64,000 nt of DNA. Source: Perna viridis. Taxonomy: Eukaryota. Where the stretch lies: positions 55,000,862-55,064,861 of the forward strand of contig CM074511.1 in assembly GCA_037379345.1 (NCBI GenBank), given 5' to 3'. The notes under the pieces were generated by a model that did no database searches, was not told the origin of the DNA, and saw nothing but the letters and a program-made list of their open reading frames with translations. Positions 32,664 through 47,600 of this stretch are shown one piece after another (the first letter of the stretch is position 1; each line of letters begins with the position of its first letter). The position numbers and the translations under genes are program-made.

Positions 32664-35600
32664 GTACATGTAACTATACAGAATGATGAGAGATAAAAAC
32701 AACACAAATCTCACAAATCACTCATAAATTGAAATATTGGAGTGGAGTTGTATGTATATGCAACATTTAAGATCTTTGTCAATCTTAATTGTCGTTTACT
32801 TTATTCTTAAAGACACCAACTAGTTTATTTTATCATTTTTCTTAAATCTCCTTGTTTGTAGGTACAAATGGACTGGCTGAGTTGGAAACAATAGATTCTA
32901 GTTTTGAGGAATTTGAGGGGAATTTATTTGCAGACTCATCACTTACATTTGAAAGAAGTATACAAACTAAAGAAGTGAATGACCAACTTGATGAAACAAT
33001 AAGAACCTTTTTATATCGTGTGTCACCCTACTGTCTGTTAAAACCTGCCCATAAAGCTATCGAATGGCTGATTTACAGGTATATGGTTTTGATTTATTGA
33101 TTAGTACAGTATTTTATGTTCTTGACTAATGACTACTCTTACATTTCCAGGATTACATTCTTTTGATTACTGCTATAACCTTGTTTACTCTTCCACAGAT
33201 TTATTTTCTATCCAGAAAAGATTGTCTCAGTCATTAGAGATAATGCTGATCCCATCCTTTTGTAATCCGCTTTTCTATTAGTATATCTTTACTAACGTGA
33301 ACCAATTTTTCTACACTTGAAATCATTCTTCTTTTACATGTACATGTAATATGTAAATAGATATTCAGCTTTAACAGGGAAGGCAAGCTTAATCTGAAAA
33401 CTTAAAACTAGAATTACCATTTTTATTACTTATGTGAAGTAAATACTGTAAAATGGACATACTTTTTATGTTTTTTTGTCAGGTATCATATCCATCAGTT
33501 CAATGTAGATAGTTTAATGCTGAGCATGTTACCTTATCATGAGAGTAAAATATTTGTCAGAGTTGTACAGCTTCTGAAACTCAATGCTAAAGTGGCTACT
33601 AAATGGGACTGGTTGGATGAAATACAGGTATATAAACTTTATACATATATATAGGCTTTTGATAATTTCTTAGGTATAGATATAAAAAAAAATTATAAAT
33701 TTAGCTCCAAACTTGGCGAAAATCTTGATTGCTCAAAAGTTTATTTTTTTATGTATTCAGTCCTTAGCTTTTGTGTCTGCACTGTCAATATTTGTAGTTT
33801 GACAATTTATTTTGAATGAATTATTTTGTTTAAATATAATTGAAACTTTTTGTATTTCAGAAAACTGGAGTCAACCTATCCCGTTCTGCTTTGGTGAATC
33901 ATTGCCGAACAGATATAGGATTCATGGGAATGATTTGTGATACTATAGGCAAAGTCATTCAGGTTAATATTTATTCATATTGATCAAATTTCCGTATAAT
34001 ATGCATGCTATTTTTTTAGAACCATTAAAGAGTCAATTTGAGGATTTTTCAGATATTTTTGTAACAATGTGAAATAACTCTTCCTTAGTTCCCTTTAGAA
34101 GTCCTTGATTATTTAACTGATGAATGCATTACTTAGTGAAACTTGAAGCAAAAAAGCTTTGATAGTTCATTATAAGAAATATGTTTATATTCACCCCAAG
34201 GGAGCTGGTTATTTGGTGATCCTCTTGTCTTTTGCCCAAGGACTTACAAGTTTTTTTAGGAGAATCAGTGATCAACAGTTCTAGTTTTTGTGTCAAAGAT
34301 GACATTATTTTTTCATGCAGGCACAAGATTCAGAGGATGAGACCATGCCTCAACTGAGAACATGGTTTGCTTTCTACATGACAACAGTGATTGGTGTCAT
34401 GGAAACAGGTGGCATCAAAGAAGAACTAATAGCACTTATGCTTCCACACATAAGTCATGGTTTGAAGTCTAATATTCCTAATTATAAGGCCTCTACATAC
34501 ATGATTATAGCCGAGTTACTTCACAAAGTCACCTTGAAAGAAAAGCTGATGACAACACTACAGAACACAATATGCAAGGTATACTCTGAAAAGGCTTTTA
34601 ATTATTTCATAAATAATTCATTTCAATCAAAAGTATTGTTTAAAGTTAAATTGTTTGCCCTAGTAACACACACATTTTACTTACTCTGAATATCATATAG
34701 TGCGGTGAAGATATAAATCTGTGTGCTAAATAAATTCTTTGATTTCTTTGTACTTGTGGTTTGTGTAAGTTACACAAGTATCTAATATGAGACTTGTTTT
34801 ATTTATTTATTGTTTTTTTTTTTTTTAGTACCTTTCAACCCACTTGATAACAGAAGCGATGTCATGTCTAATGTTGATATTCCAAACTCAAAATGTTACA
34901 GATTTTACCAGAAGGTATGTGCAATTATTATTGTCTATAATTAATTAACTGGCATTAGTTACATTCTATGAGCTAAAACATAATTTTAAAAAAGTCTTAC
35001 TTTGAAGTATTATTTGAACTTTTTTTCAGAGCATTTAAGAAATTGACACGACAACCAGGATTACTGGAAGTCTTGGTGCCTGTTTGTAAACAATATAAAT
35101 CACAGAAGTTCAAACTTGCATTTTTACGAAAATTGATACCAGCTGCAATCAAGCCAAGCAACATGGTAACTAGTGGGAGTGAGAGTAATGAATCTGACAA
35201 TGAAGGGGCTATAGGAGTTCCACTTAATGTCATGTTTCATAGATTCCTGTCAGAGGTCACTTTGGAGGAGGAAGACAGTGTTACTATTATCAGGTATTGT
35301 GAACCTTAAAACCAATAGAAAAATGTTATACACATGCACTTTTATGATTTTTGAAATTATGTATATTTTCAATCTAATAGAAGTATTTAATGCAATACTA
35401 TGAGTAATGGTGATAGTTTGGGACTCAACATTGATGATTTATCATGTTTTTATGTCTGTATTTAAAATGGAGTTACTATGGTGTACTTTTGTCTGTCCAT
35501 TCATTCCTCCCGAAATGACCCTTTGCCAGTTGTGATGACCAGTGAAAAATAAGGTCACACGCTCAACTTAACTCTATCTCTTAACCAATGTAACATCTTA

Positions 35601-38600
35601 TAAGTGGCAGCGTCAAAGACATACTCAAAACAAAAGCAAGAGAAAATTTGACTTCACTGTATACTGTATTTACAAAGATGGTAGTGCTCTTTAGGAGAAG
35701 CAAACTAAATATAAATATTTTCATGGAAGAAACAGGTACTTACATTTGTTGTAGATCAAAGGTTATCACCACTTGTGTAAGAACTTAGTATTGTAATAAA
35801 TGGAAGAAAATTCACTTTATTTTTCATTGTTTTCTAAGATATTCTCAAAGTTATCAGATTTTGAACTCCCTAAAAAGAGAACAGAAATATTACATGCTTT
35901 AGCACAGTAATTTTCAATTAACACTTACAAATGTGAAAGCTGTCTTTATAAGGTTTTCTTTCTATGATAATAGATGACAGTAATCAGAAACCAACATGAT
36001 GAAACTTGTCAATTAAATAGAATGGGAGTAGTTTCTTTATCAAGATAGTAATGATTTTATAGTACTAGTGTAGCTTTGTATTGAGTTAATAGTTCATTCA
36101 TTGCATGCTTTTTAGACTTCAATATCAATATTTACTGTGGAAGCCCATAAAAAGAAATTAAACAATAACAAAAAATAGACAAAAATCAACATCAGGTTAT
36201 TTGTTTAAATGTGTTTTTGCATTAATTGAATTCTAATGCTTTACTAATTTTCGTGGATTAGAGAAGAAACACAAGTTTGTGCATTCTTGAATTTGTGGTT
36301 ATGAGGTTGTCAGTATACACATCAATGGGATTCTCCTTTTCTTTGGGAACTAAATTTTGTGGGTTTGCCTACCCATGCCAATTCATACCCCATGAATAAT
36401 AGTACTTTCACAGTATGAGCATTTTTTTCAATGTTTTTCTATTTGACAGTATGATATTGGAGAAGTTAATGAAGTATGGGAGCCAATATGATGATGAAAC
36501 TGTTGTCAGGGACTTCTGTAGCAAGTTTACTGTTACTATGAGAATGTTAGAGTCAAGGTAATGATTTGTTTTAAAACCCTTTTTCATTAACAGTCTTAAA
36601 TTTAAGTTTAATTTTAGGTACCATATTTTGGTGTGTATGGTGCACATTTATGTATTGTAGGCAGTACAATTTTGAAGATTAATACATGTAAAAAAAGGTT
36701 TTTCAGACATAGATTGCAGTAGAATATGTAAGAATTTGTAAGACAAAAGATAGATTTTGCACTTGATCTGTCAATTTATTCACCTTGATGCGGTACTTTC
36801 TACAGAAATGTGAAGGAAAGAAACATATTACATTTCTGGTTTTGGTTGTAACTCAAATTTTGCTGTTTTTCATTTTAAACATACTTTTAAGGAGGAAAAT
36901 TGTTAGAAATAATCAAAATAAGTTTTAAAATACTCATTTTTAGCTGCAAAAGCATTTAGTAAGGAGTGCTTGACAAAAATAGTGCTTTGTTACTTTTTGG
37001 TTTTTAGTTGTTCTTAGTTGTTTCATTTTAATATCTCACCATCTTTTATAAGAACAAAATTTTGTACAAACTTTGTCTGAAATGTATTTTGACATGATTT
37101 GAAGAAAATATCATTTAAGATGTATTTGATAAGTAGATTAACTTTTTTTCAGTAATATTTCAGTTTGTTTGTTTACATTCTCGTTCGAAAATCTTTCATT
37201 TTTTGGCCAATTCTTATATGCATTATACGCACCTCCATGTGCTGGAAATTATTTCTTTGTAAAAATGTAAGCATTAAACACACCAATTTATGTTAGATTT
37301 TAAGTATTTTTTAACAAGTATAGAATATGTGGTCACATTTGTGAACTTTATTAATATGTTGACATAGATTCCATGAACACATATAGTTTTAAATTATCAT
37401 TTGAAAAGTTTCAGTGAGTGAGAATAAAATGTTAGAATTTACTTTCTAACAAAACGTCCTGTAAATATCAAACACTGTATAACTCCCATACCCCCTATGA
37501 ATTATTTCTTTAATATTAAAGGTATCCAAAAGCAGTAGATAGAGGTATTGAGAGTCTTCTTCAAGATGCTGAATCTGACAACACTAAGTCTTTAATGGAA
37601 CAGTTCATGAATCAGATGGTTTTCTCTGTACAACACCACCTTGTCCCAGAGTCAGATGCTAGTCTTGTTCTGTCATTGAACCACCGTTTACCAACTGTCA
37701 GAAAAAAAGCAACACAATATCTATTGAAAAATATACAAGAGGTATCCAGATGTATAGTTATTCTTAAAAGTATTATAGTTCATGGTATACATTTTAATGG
37801 TTTGTAGAATTGTGAAGCTGTTAACTCGCTAATTTCATTTTATCCATAGATCATAGATTTATTTCAAGACCATTTTCCCCTTGAAACATGTTTGTACAGT
37901 GTACAAATATAGTATCCAGTATTGTCTGCTCATCTGTATCCAATCAGAAACACAGATGTCCCTTGTATGTAGAGTACAGGCTTCCCAGACACAATGGTGG
38001 ATGGTATGATTTAGAGGTTTATATCAAAGTTCTGTTTATAATGATATAAGTGTGTTTTTGTTCTTACTTCAGGTTCCTGATGATGGTTTTATGAATGATG
38101 CTATACTAGGTCGGTTGAGAGATGATAATATCGAGGTTGTTACAGCTGCACTTGAAGCAGGATCTGTAAGTTTTATAGTGTTTATATTGGACTTAAAAGG
38201 GGGTTTGAATAAGCTTCTGCAATTAAAAGATTTTCTTTTTTAAGTGGAAATTTGTTTTTCATACCCCACCACACAAAGTGGGGAGGTATTATGTGATACC
38301 CTCCAAAAAGTTCCATGTCCATCCATCCATCCTTTATTATAACTTAAGTAGATATTGGAGGATCTTTTTCAAACTTTGTATAGTTATCAAGTATCATAAA
38401 ATATAGATCAAGATTGAATTTCAGTTTGATCAGATTACACAAAAGTCATTTTAAGTTGTTTTTACCCCCTAAAATATTTTGCAACATGGCAGGTTCATGT
38501 ATCTTTTAATGTTCAATTAGATGCCCTATTTTTCTGTTCAAGTTTTAACATCAGTTACACATTTCTGTTTAAAATGTTCTGTGTAGCATGACGGCATACT

Positions 38601-41600
38601 GGAATTGAAGTAGGTATTGAGATTTAAATAGCCAGTTAATTGACTTGGGTAAAGGATTAATTCTTTAGCAGAATCATTTTGTTGCTGGCTTGTCACAGAG
38701 CTGTCTAGGGTTCGATTCTCAGTGGCGGGGTATAATTTTATGAGTTAAATCATGTGCTCTGGGCTACAACAATATACAATTTATCAGCATATCAAGTCTT
38801 TCCTTATTATACACACATGTAACAAAGCTTCACAATCTATACTTTATAAGTCGACATTTTATACAAGTAATTGACAATGTTTGACAGTTTACAATGTTTG
38901 TCTCTTTGTAGAAAATTTGGGAGTTAGTCTCAAACAAGGATGAACTTATAAAAGTATTGAAATGTTTGTTGACAAGGTCAGAAACAGACGAGAATTGGAG
39001 CACCATACAGAGGTAAAATTATCATGTGGGCAGTATGTTGGAATTCCCTTGTCCCACCATCTATCCAAACAAAATTTTTACAATTTTCGTAGCTCCCAAT
39101 GGATGGAATGATTTCTGATTTATTATGTGGTTTTATATAGATTTTATTTTATTTTTGGTATTATCAGATATCAACTTCCTGTTCTGTTTTTACCTTTCTT
39201 AAACTGCATTTTTTGTGAGTGCTTTTAAATAATTCTTCTGACATTAAAATGGACATTTTATTTATCTATAAATGTACATGTATTTACAAGTTTAAGTGGA
39301 AATTTTTTTACACATAATATTCACCAGATTTTAGTTTTTAAAGTTTATTACCACATTAAATTCCAATCTTCCACAGAAGAGAAAGTTCTATCTACATCTG
39401 AAATATTGAATCAGTTTTGTTTACTGAGTTGAACAAGAGATCTTTCACTGTGAGCATCATCGTGTTTCTAGATCTATGCTATTATGATAAATTTCAATGT
39501 TTAAATTTAAAAATTGTAGAAATATGATAGTTAACTTTTTACAAAGTGGGATTCTGTTTTTTCAGTTTTTGAAATAATTTCATGACAAAACAACGTACAT
39601 CAAAATTTAACAGTCACACATCAGAAGAAATATTTTTTTACAAAGGCTTAAAAACAAAAATAACAGTGTAAGAATTAGATAAGGGAAATACCTCTAACTG
39701 TTATTCTTTGTAATTTCAATAAAGAAATATAGATGTATATAAACACCATTGGCAGCTTATTGTCAAGGCATCCTCTTTCTATTTCCTACCTAATAAGAAT
39801 TTTGCTAGCTTGTACATCAATGAATGCTGCAGAGAAGGTTATGCACATGTATCCTATTCAGTATAAACTGACTTGTTACAGAAGTTTTTTTTTTCTTTGC
39901 AGGAAGGCAGTTGTATCATCTGTACTTAAAATGCTGTCCAACTGTCCCGATGATTATGATGATCAGATTTTGGAGGTTCTCTTGCCCCGGTTTCTCATAA
40001 CAAATATGGAGAAATATGATCATGTAGGACACATCCTTAATTCACCTCTGGCTACCAGACATAAAATTCTTAAGCATTTCAGTAAAGGTATGTTAGTCAT
40101 TTAAAACTTTCCTTAACTTCATTCTTAAAATATCGTAAGTTTGGGGTTTCTTAACTTTAAAGAAACTTATAGGAACAATAAAGAACAATAGGAAAGATAA
40201 ATGGAAAGAGTGAATAATCAAAATATTATCAAACATCTAGATTTAATGAATGTTTAGTACTTGTGCGCAACCTTCACACAAGTAAAATCTTTTCAAAAGC
40301 ATTCTAGGCACAAGTAATTATAATTTGGTTATTCATGATAACCAAATGATTATCCTTTTTATTATGTAGTTTGTTTTTCAGTGATTTATTGCTATTTTCA
40401 AAATCAGTTTTATATTTTGTGATTGGCAGATTGATATTCCTGTTGTGACGTTTTGGTGGGAGAAAGTGTGAGAATGAAATTACTGAATTTATTTTACTGT
40501 GTGAACTATCAACATTTTGTATACAGCAAAACATTAGATAAGTTACTGCTGCATGTATCTATATTATGATAAGTCACTGTGGTCATTTGTGTGCTCGAAA
40601 CCAAAGAATTAGGAAATTCTTAATGAGGATATTTTCTATGGTATAATAAAGGTTATTTTTACTTCATAAGATTTTTGTAATGACACACCAGTCAAAAATA
40701 TTTTTTAGACTACCAGAAAAGGTCCAGATCACCAACTAGATCTCCAAAGAAGAAGAAAGTTGATGCTGCGGAAGAGAATCATGCTGTAATCATTGTTAAT
40801 AGCTTTGCACATGGTCTAATGGACTGTACTGAGAAGATTAGACATGATTTGGTATAATCATTTTTACTTCTTTTCATCCCGTGGAAAAAATTTTGAGTTT
40901 TTTTACTAATCGCTGTCCAACTGTATGTCTTTTTGTCCATCCATCTGTCCATATATCTTGCAAGTCAAAAAATTCTGAAGTGATTAGAGGCATTATATGT
41001 GCTTGAAGCAAGATGATTGTCATCAGTGTTTGCAAAGGAAGATAATCTCATTTATTTTTTTATGTTGCAACTTTGGGCATCACTCATTGAAATCATACAC
41101 AGTTCTTTTTGTTCCTCGCCACAATATACAGTGGGGGCATAAACATTTAGGGCATCTGTCGAACCATCCTAACATAGTAAGCGCTTTGATGCCAAAAATT
41201 CTTTATGTATTCTTATGAGATTTATGCAGAAGTTTAACTAAAAAAAAATGGTTACCATATTTTGGTGTGTATAATTGGCATATTTTTACAAAGAAATGAT
41301 TTCCAAAGCATAGGGTTGGTATTATGCATCAATATATAAGATTTGGCTAAGATTTCTATAAGAGAAAAGAGATTTTGTAATGTAAACAAACCATAAGTGA
41401 AATGTTACTGAAAGAAAGTTTATATAATCATCAAATAAATCTTACAGTGTTGAATTTTAAATGATATTGTCTTCAAATCAAGTTTAAATGTCTTTATAAC
41501 ATGTTTTGGACATAGGTTGTACAATATTTCTTTATTGTAAAACACAGAGATTAAAATGAAACAACTAATAAACCAAAAGTAACAAAGTCCTTTTTTGTCA

Positions 41601-44600
41601 AACCCTCACTATTAAATGCTTTTGCAGCTAAAAATGATTATTTTGAAACTTATGTTGATTGTTTCTATATCCTTTCTTTTGATTGTTTCTAACAATATCC
41701 TTTCTTTAAAGTATATTTTAAAATGAAAAATTTGAGTTACAACCAAAACTGGAAATGTCAAATTTTGCAACTTTTGATTTTGTTTTATAAGCCATGTCAT
41801 ACATCCTGTGTCAATTTTATACTGCTTCGATATTAAAATTATCCAATTTATGTAGCTGTCGATCTTTACATAATCTTTAAGTGTGAATAGAAGTTTCTTT
41901 CCTTTACATTATGTAGGAAATACTTGATCAAGGTAAATAAATTGGCCAATCAAGTGCAAAATATTGATTTTTTTGTCTTACAAAATTCTACTGCAATCTA
42001 TGTCTAAAAAAACTTTTCTAACATTTTGACCTTCAAAATTACACTGCACACAATACATAAATGTGCATTATACACACTAAAATATGGTAATTATTTTCAT
42101 CTGTATGAAATTGTAAGCACTCTTGTGCCTCATGTCTTTATAAATTTCCATCTGTATGACATTATAAGCACTCCTGTGCCCCATGTCTTTATAAATTTTC
42201 ATCTGTATGACATTATAAGCACTCTTGTGCCCCATGTCTTTATAAATTTTCATTGAAAGTGACAAGAGACATTGGAGTGCTTTTCTTTTATTCTATTTAG
42301 CATTTAAAAATACTTCAACAAAACATTCATTTAATTTTCAGTGCTTGAGAAACTTGGTGGGAAACTTTCTTCCATCTCATTTTGACTGTAAAATTAATTG
42401 TATTATCCATTTTTTCCATTAATTTTAATGAATGATAGTACATATTTTAACGGACATGTCAGTGTGTGTTAAAACATCAACTTTGAAACCTTGAGATCTT
42501 CACAAGATATAACATCATTTTTTTCCAGATAAATACATGGTTGGAAAGTGATTTAGATTTCCAAGGGAAGATTTTTATGTTAATGATGTTGGATCAGTCA
42601 CTTAACATTGCCAAAACACAGAAGGAAAAAGCCTTTCTTTGTTTAAGGATGATTAAATTTGCCAAAACAATTCAGGTATGACTTTTGTGTATAATTTTAA
42701 GGATTAAAAAGTAAAGATACATATGTTGTTTAATAAAACTGGTCAGTGCTGTGACATGCTGTTTAGTTAAAAAATGTGTAATGATAAAAAGGGTAAGACT
42801 TTTTTGTTTTGTCGAATTCAAGGTTACAATATACCACAGGGTGGGTTATTTTGTTGGGTGTAAAGTTTAGTGATTTTTAGGCAGACTGTTTTTCAAAAAA
42901 TTTTAACATTTCTCTTTTTGCGGACTCTTGGTGGTGCATGAAGTACTTAAGCCCAGAGTAAATATTTTCCAAAGATTTATTTTGATATTTTAAACAGACT
43001 GCTAAAATATGCCAAAATAAGCTCCACATTATACAGTGTAGGTATCAAATAGTATTTTTCACAATTCATAATGTAATGTTTCTTTGCCACAAAAGTTCAT
43101 AGCTAACACTTGTACATTAATGAAAATAATATTTAAGTTATTTTCAATTTCGATATGAAATAATCTGACCAAAGGATCTATAATCATCTTATTAATAGAT
43201 TAGACTTAAAACCAATAATTTCCAAAAATGCATTCATATTCGCCACTGATGTGATTTGAAAGAAAGTTGCCAAAATATTCCTTTACAGACTGGTCTTGGT
43301 GGAGACATCACTACAATAGACAGAGCAATACACCACACATGTATCCAGGTGTCAGAATCTAGGACAGTAGATGATACACTGTTGTTGTCTGTGCTGAACA
43401 GGATGGTGGTGGCCATTACAATACCTAAGAAGCTAAATGATGGTTAGTTTGTTGTATACTTGCCATCTTTCATGTGTAAAAGTTATTACCACAATGGTTT
43501 CCAATGTAATTTTAGCAGCATGATGTATTAAGCTCTACCTATTTATGTCAATGCATATGTTTAGCCTTATATACTTACATGTATTAATTCTTCCCTGACA
43601 TTGATTTGATTCTGTGCATGGTAAGAGAATAGTTCTGCTTCCTGTATGGTTGAGGATTCATTAGTTAAGCCAGCACTCCACAGTATTGTAGAACTGCCTA
43701 ATTTTGGTCTTGTAATCTGATGCTTTGTAACATTTATCACTTTAAAAAATTGTCAAGCATCTGTAAATCTATATATCTAGAAATAGCTCAAGCCAAGGCC
43801 TTCAGGATGCAGTAAAAATTTTCTGGAAACAAATTACCCACAGCATATAGGGTTACCATAGAAACCATGCAAAAATATGCGAAAATTTGCAAAAAAGTTC
43901 ATAAAATCAGGTTTAAAAATATCAAATTTCCCGCAAAATATCTGAAATTTTTATTTCAATCCCTGAAACTGTTCAAACTTTTCCCTTCAAAAACCCCTTC
44001 CTCATATGGGCATCGCCGGTTAGATTTTGAGCTATTTCACTTTGTAATCCACTTATTAAATTTAGCATGGTAAAAATTGACTTACTTTCACTTTCACAAT
44101 GAAGTCAAATTGTCATTGAAAAAAAGCCCCTTCAACATTGAATATATATAAAACATTGCAAAATACTTTTAAAAGTCCCCTTTTTTCAGAAAATGTTTTA
44201 TCAACAATAGATTCTTCATTTTTAATCACTATAGCAACTACCGGTTTCCATTTATGTCATTTTTCATCCCTAGCCAAAAGTGCGAAACTAAACTAAACTG
44301 TGGAGTGCTGGCTAAGGTATACATAGTACTTGGAGGTGTTTGTATAGTCTGAGGAACTGGCAACTATTTATACCTACATTAACTGGTAAAATATCTGTTT
44401 CATTATCTGTATTATATGTAGAAGATTGCAAGACTGTAAAACAGTACATATTGTTACTTTGTAGTCATACTTTGATGATTTAATTTCTGATGTAACATGC
44501 CTTCTGATTGGATGAAAAAATTTGTCCATCATCACATAGACCCAATTTTGGCATGTGACTGGTGTCATCAACCTTTTTTGCTGATTTACTCCTTAAATTT

Positions 44601-47600
44601 TGAAACAAAAATTAAATAATAAGGTATGACTTTTATATTTTTTCGGTCTACTTGAGATGACCTCAATGCCTGTGGAGCACACTTGAAAATAACCTGCTAC
44701 GCTGATTATTTATTTAGTATGCACCACGTGATTGAGGTTTTTTCCTCATAGACTGAAAAACAATAATAGTCATTCCTTAAATAAATGTTTATGTTTCAAT
44801 TTTATTTAAACTCAGGAATATGATAATGCAAAGATATTTCTGATAATTCTTAAATTAGTTAGAATTTATCTCCACAGGCAATTATGCCATACTTGATGAA
44901 AATTATTGACTTTTATTAAAAAAAAAATATTATTGCAGCTCACTACTGGTGTTACCATGACAACCATCATGCTGATGATCAGGTGTTGGAAGTGTTGGTT
45001 GAATTAGTTGATTTCATCTTAGATAAGGCAACTGTATCAAATAAAAGCTCAGAAGGGTACCAGGAGTTGTTCACAGAATCAATGGAGGTAAATTGTCAAA
45101 AATTAGGATTTTATACTGGTTGGTTTTTGTAACATTAGTTATATAATATGAGCCAAACATTTTTGATTTAAAGTTTCTCCTGTACTTAGAGGTTTTTCTC
45201 AATATTTTTATGAAAGAAAGGTTCTATCTCAGACATAATCGATTTAAGATTTAAAGATGCACAAGTTGGCATCTGCTATGCTATTGTGTAAATAAATAAC
45301 AGCCACATAATGCAAAACTTTCCAATTGTATTTGAATTTTGTGTTAAAAAAAGTTAGTTACACAAACTTTTAAATAAAATACATTTTTAAAATACATGTA
45401 CTTAAATTCAGTCTGATTTTTTGCTAGGTTTTTTTTCCGGAGAAAGAGGTTTTGTTTAGATTTTTGGGGATGGTATGGACCCAACATTGTAACACCTATG
45501 TACCAAGACTATCCATACCACTTACACTTCAAGCCAGAGCTCTCCAGATTGGTAAAATGCATCTACAGAAGTTAAAGAAGTCTGACACCACTGACCTTAC
45601 TTCAGGTAACAGAGTAGAAAAACTAACTATTGTTACTTCTGTTACAAGAAGCTACTCCTATGTGAATTACTAGCCTGAACATCACTATGAAGATTTACGG
45701 TGAGAATGCATGTGTTCACCTATAGAATTCAAATTTCTAGACTAATGTTATTGTTAATACTGAGCATCACATTCGAAGTTAATGATGTACATCCAGCCAA
45801 CCGGAATAGGTATCAGATAGGTCTGCAGAAATAGGTCAGGGAAGTGAATTCAAAGTGAAAGTAGACTTTAAGTTGATTTAAAATTAAAATATGCAGTTCA
45901 TTAACCAAGAAAAATAAAAAAAATATATTTGCAGTATCTTTATCCAGAATGCTTAATTCTTTTTCTTTTTTTTTTTAAAATGGACAACCATTTACCTATC
46001 CTATCTTGACCCTTTCAACTGTTGCCCCTTTTTTCAATGACTTAATAAATGTAAGAAAATGTAGTCCAAAAAATATGGTAAGTGCGATGCTCCATTGTAT
46101 GCTATGCCCAAGTCATATTAGTAATCTAAGCTAAACTGAAGTTGATGAAACATAAATTTTACCCTAGATGCCTTTAAATTTGTTAAATTTGTTAATTATA
46201 CTATCAAGAATAAATCCAAGTGCTTTTTGAGGTATATCTGTGTTGGCAAGAAATGTGAGATATAGGCTAATACTGGATTTACCTTGAATTGAAGGATGTC
46301 ATGTTTTACTACTGAACCTGAAACTCCAGAGGAAGTGCTCAGATTTTTGTTTTCTAACACGAAAAGAATATAAGGTACAGTGAAACTTCTCCAAATCGGC
46401 CACCACTGGGACAAGAAAAAATGGCCGGTTTATTGGGTGGCCGGTGTTGTGAAAAATAACAATGCATTCTAAGAGCTGTTTCCATTTATGTGTTCTATAA
46501 CCCTACACCTTGTCAGTTTGTTGGTCGAGACATGATTAATGCCAATTCAAAACTTTGGGCCTTTTATTACATTTCAAAGCTTGGATCATTTGTAAATGGT
46601 TTGATTTTACAAACAGTTCTGCCGACAAAACAATGTTCACGGTTTTGAAAGTATGTGTATTAAAGATCAAAGGGCTATTGATGGTACATGTAATTAATTA
46701 TTTGTATTGTTTTCATAAATTACATATCAACATAGTCTAATAATTTCACCCCTATGTTGTTTTGGCATTGGGTACAGGTCACATTAATTGAGAGTTAGAA
46801 GATCGTAAAGGTCGTAGTATTAAATGACCCGGGTTGCCGGACGTGTGTACATACCAATTAACAGCCAACCACTGACAAAATGTAATGTCTGGATTAAATT
46901 GGTTGTTTGAACTACTGTCCCCATCAATTATCATCTGTCCACTGATGAAATGTAAACCGATCAGTGAATGAATAATTAATCATGTAATATAATGTAACCA
47001 TTGCAGTTTTGTTGACACATTTAATTCAGGTGAACAATAACTGGGCGGGCGGAATTGAGAGGTTGTTTTTATTTGAAATATGTAACTAAAACTGTGAAAA
47101 ACTGGCCGATGTACTGTTTTAGGGGATGGCTGGTCAATTGAAAACAAAACACCCAGGTTTTAAAGTATATCTGCCAGGACTTCTAGAAACAGTCGGTTTG
47201 AAGGGAAGACCGGTTTTTTTGAGGGTCTGGTTTGGAGAAGTTTCACTGTACTAGATTAGATTAATTCAGGGCTGAACATTATAGTAAGTGCATATTCTTT
47301 CAATAGAAATCAAATTTAATATTCCCTTGAAATAAGGGTGCACTATACAGTTACATTAAGGCGCACTGTTTCGCACACCAAGTTACCCTGGTCAAATTTT
47401 GTAAAACTTAAAATTAGAAGTTGAAATTTGGTGGATATATTGATTAAATGTAGATAAGTATTTATACATAGACAGATGTAATATATGTTATGGTAAACAG
47501 GTGTAATTTAAATGAAAAATGGTATCTGTAATGTTTCAGCCCCCTGCCATATTAGGTTCTCTTCTCAGCATCAGATGGCTGATTTTCAAAATACCTTATT

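Noticed and set aside
32683-32760. Box C/D snoRNA candidates (ATGATGA here, GTGATGA at about 35532)
   Set aside because: No suitably placed CTGA D box or terminal stem.
46940-46970. Hammerhead ribozyme core (CTGATGA)
   Set aside because: No stem II or GAAA core arrangement; only a simple hairpin inside a MITE.
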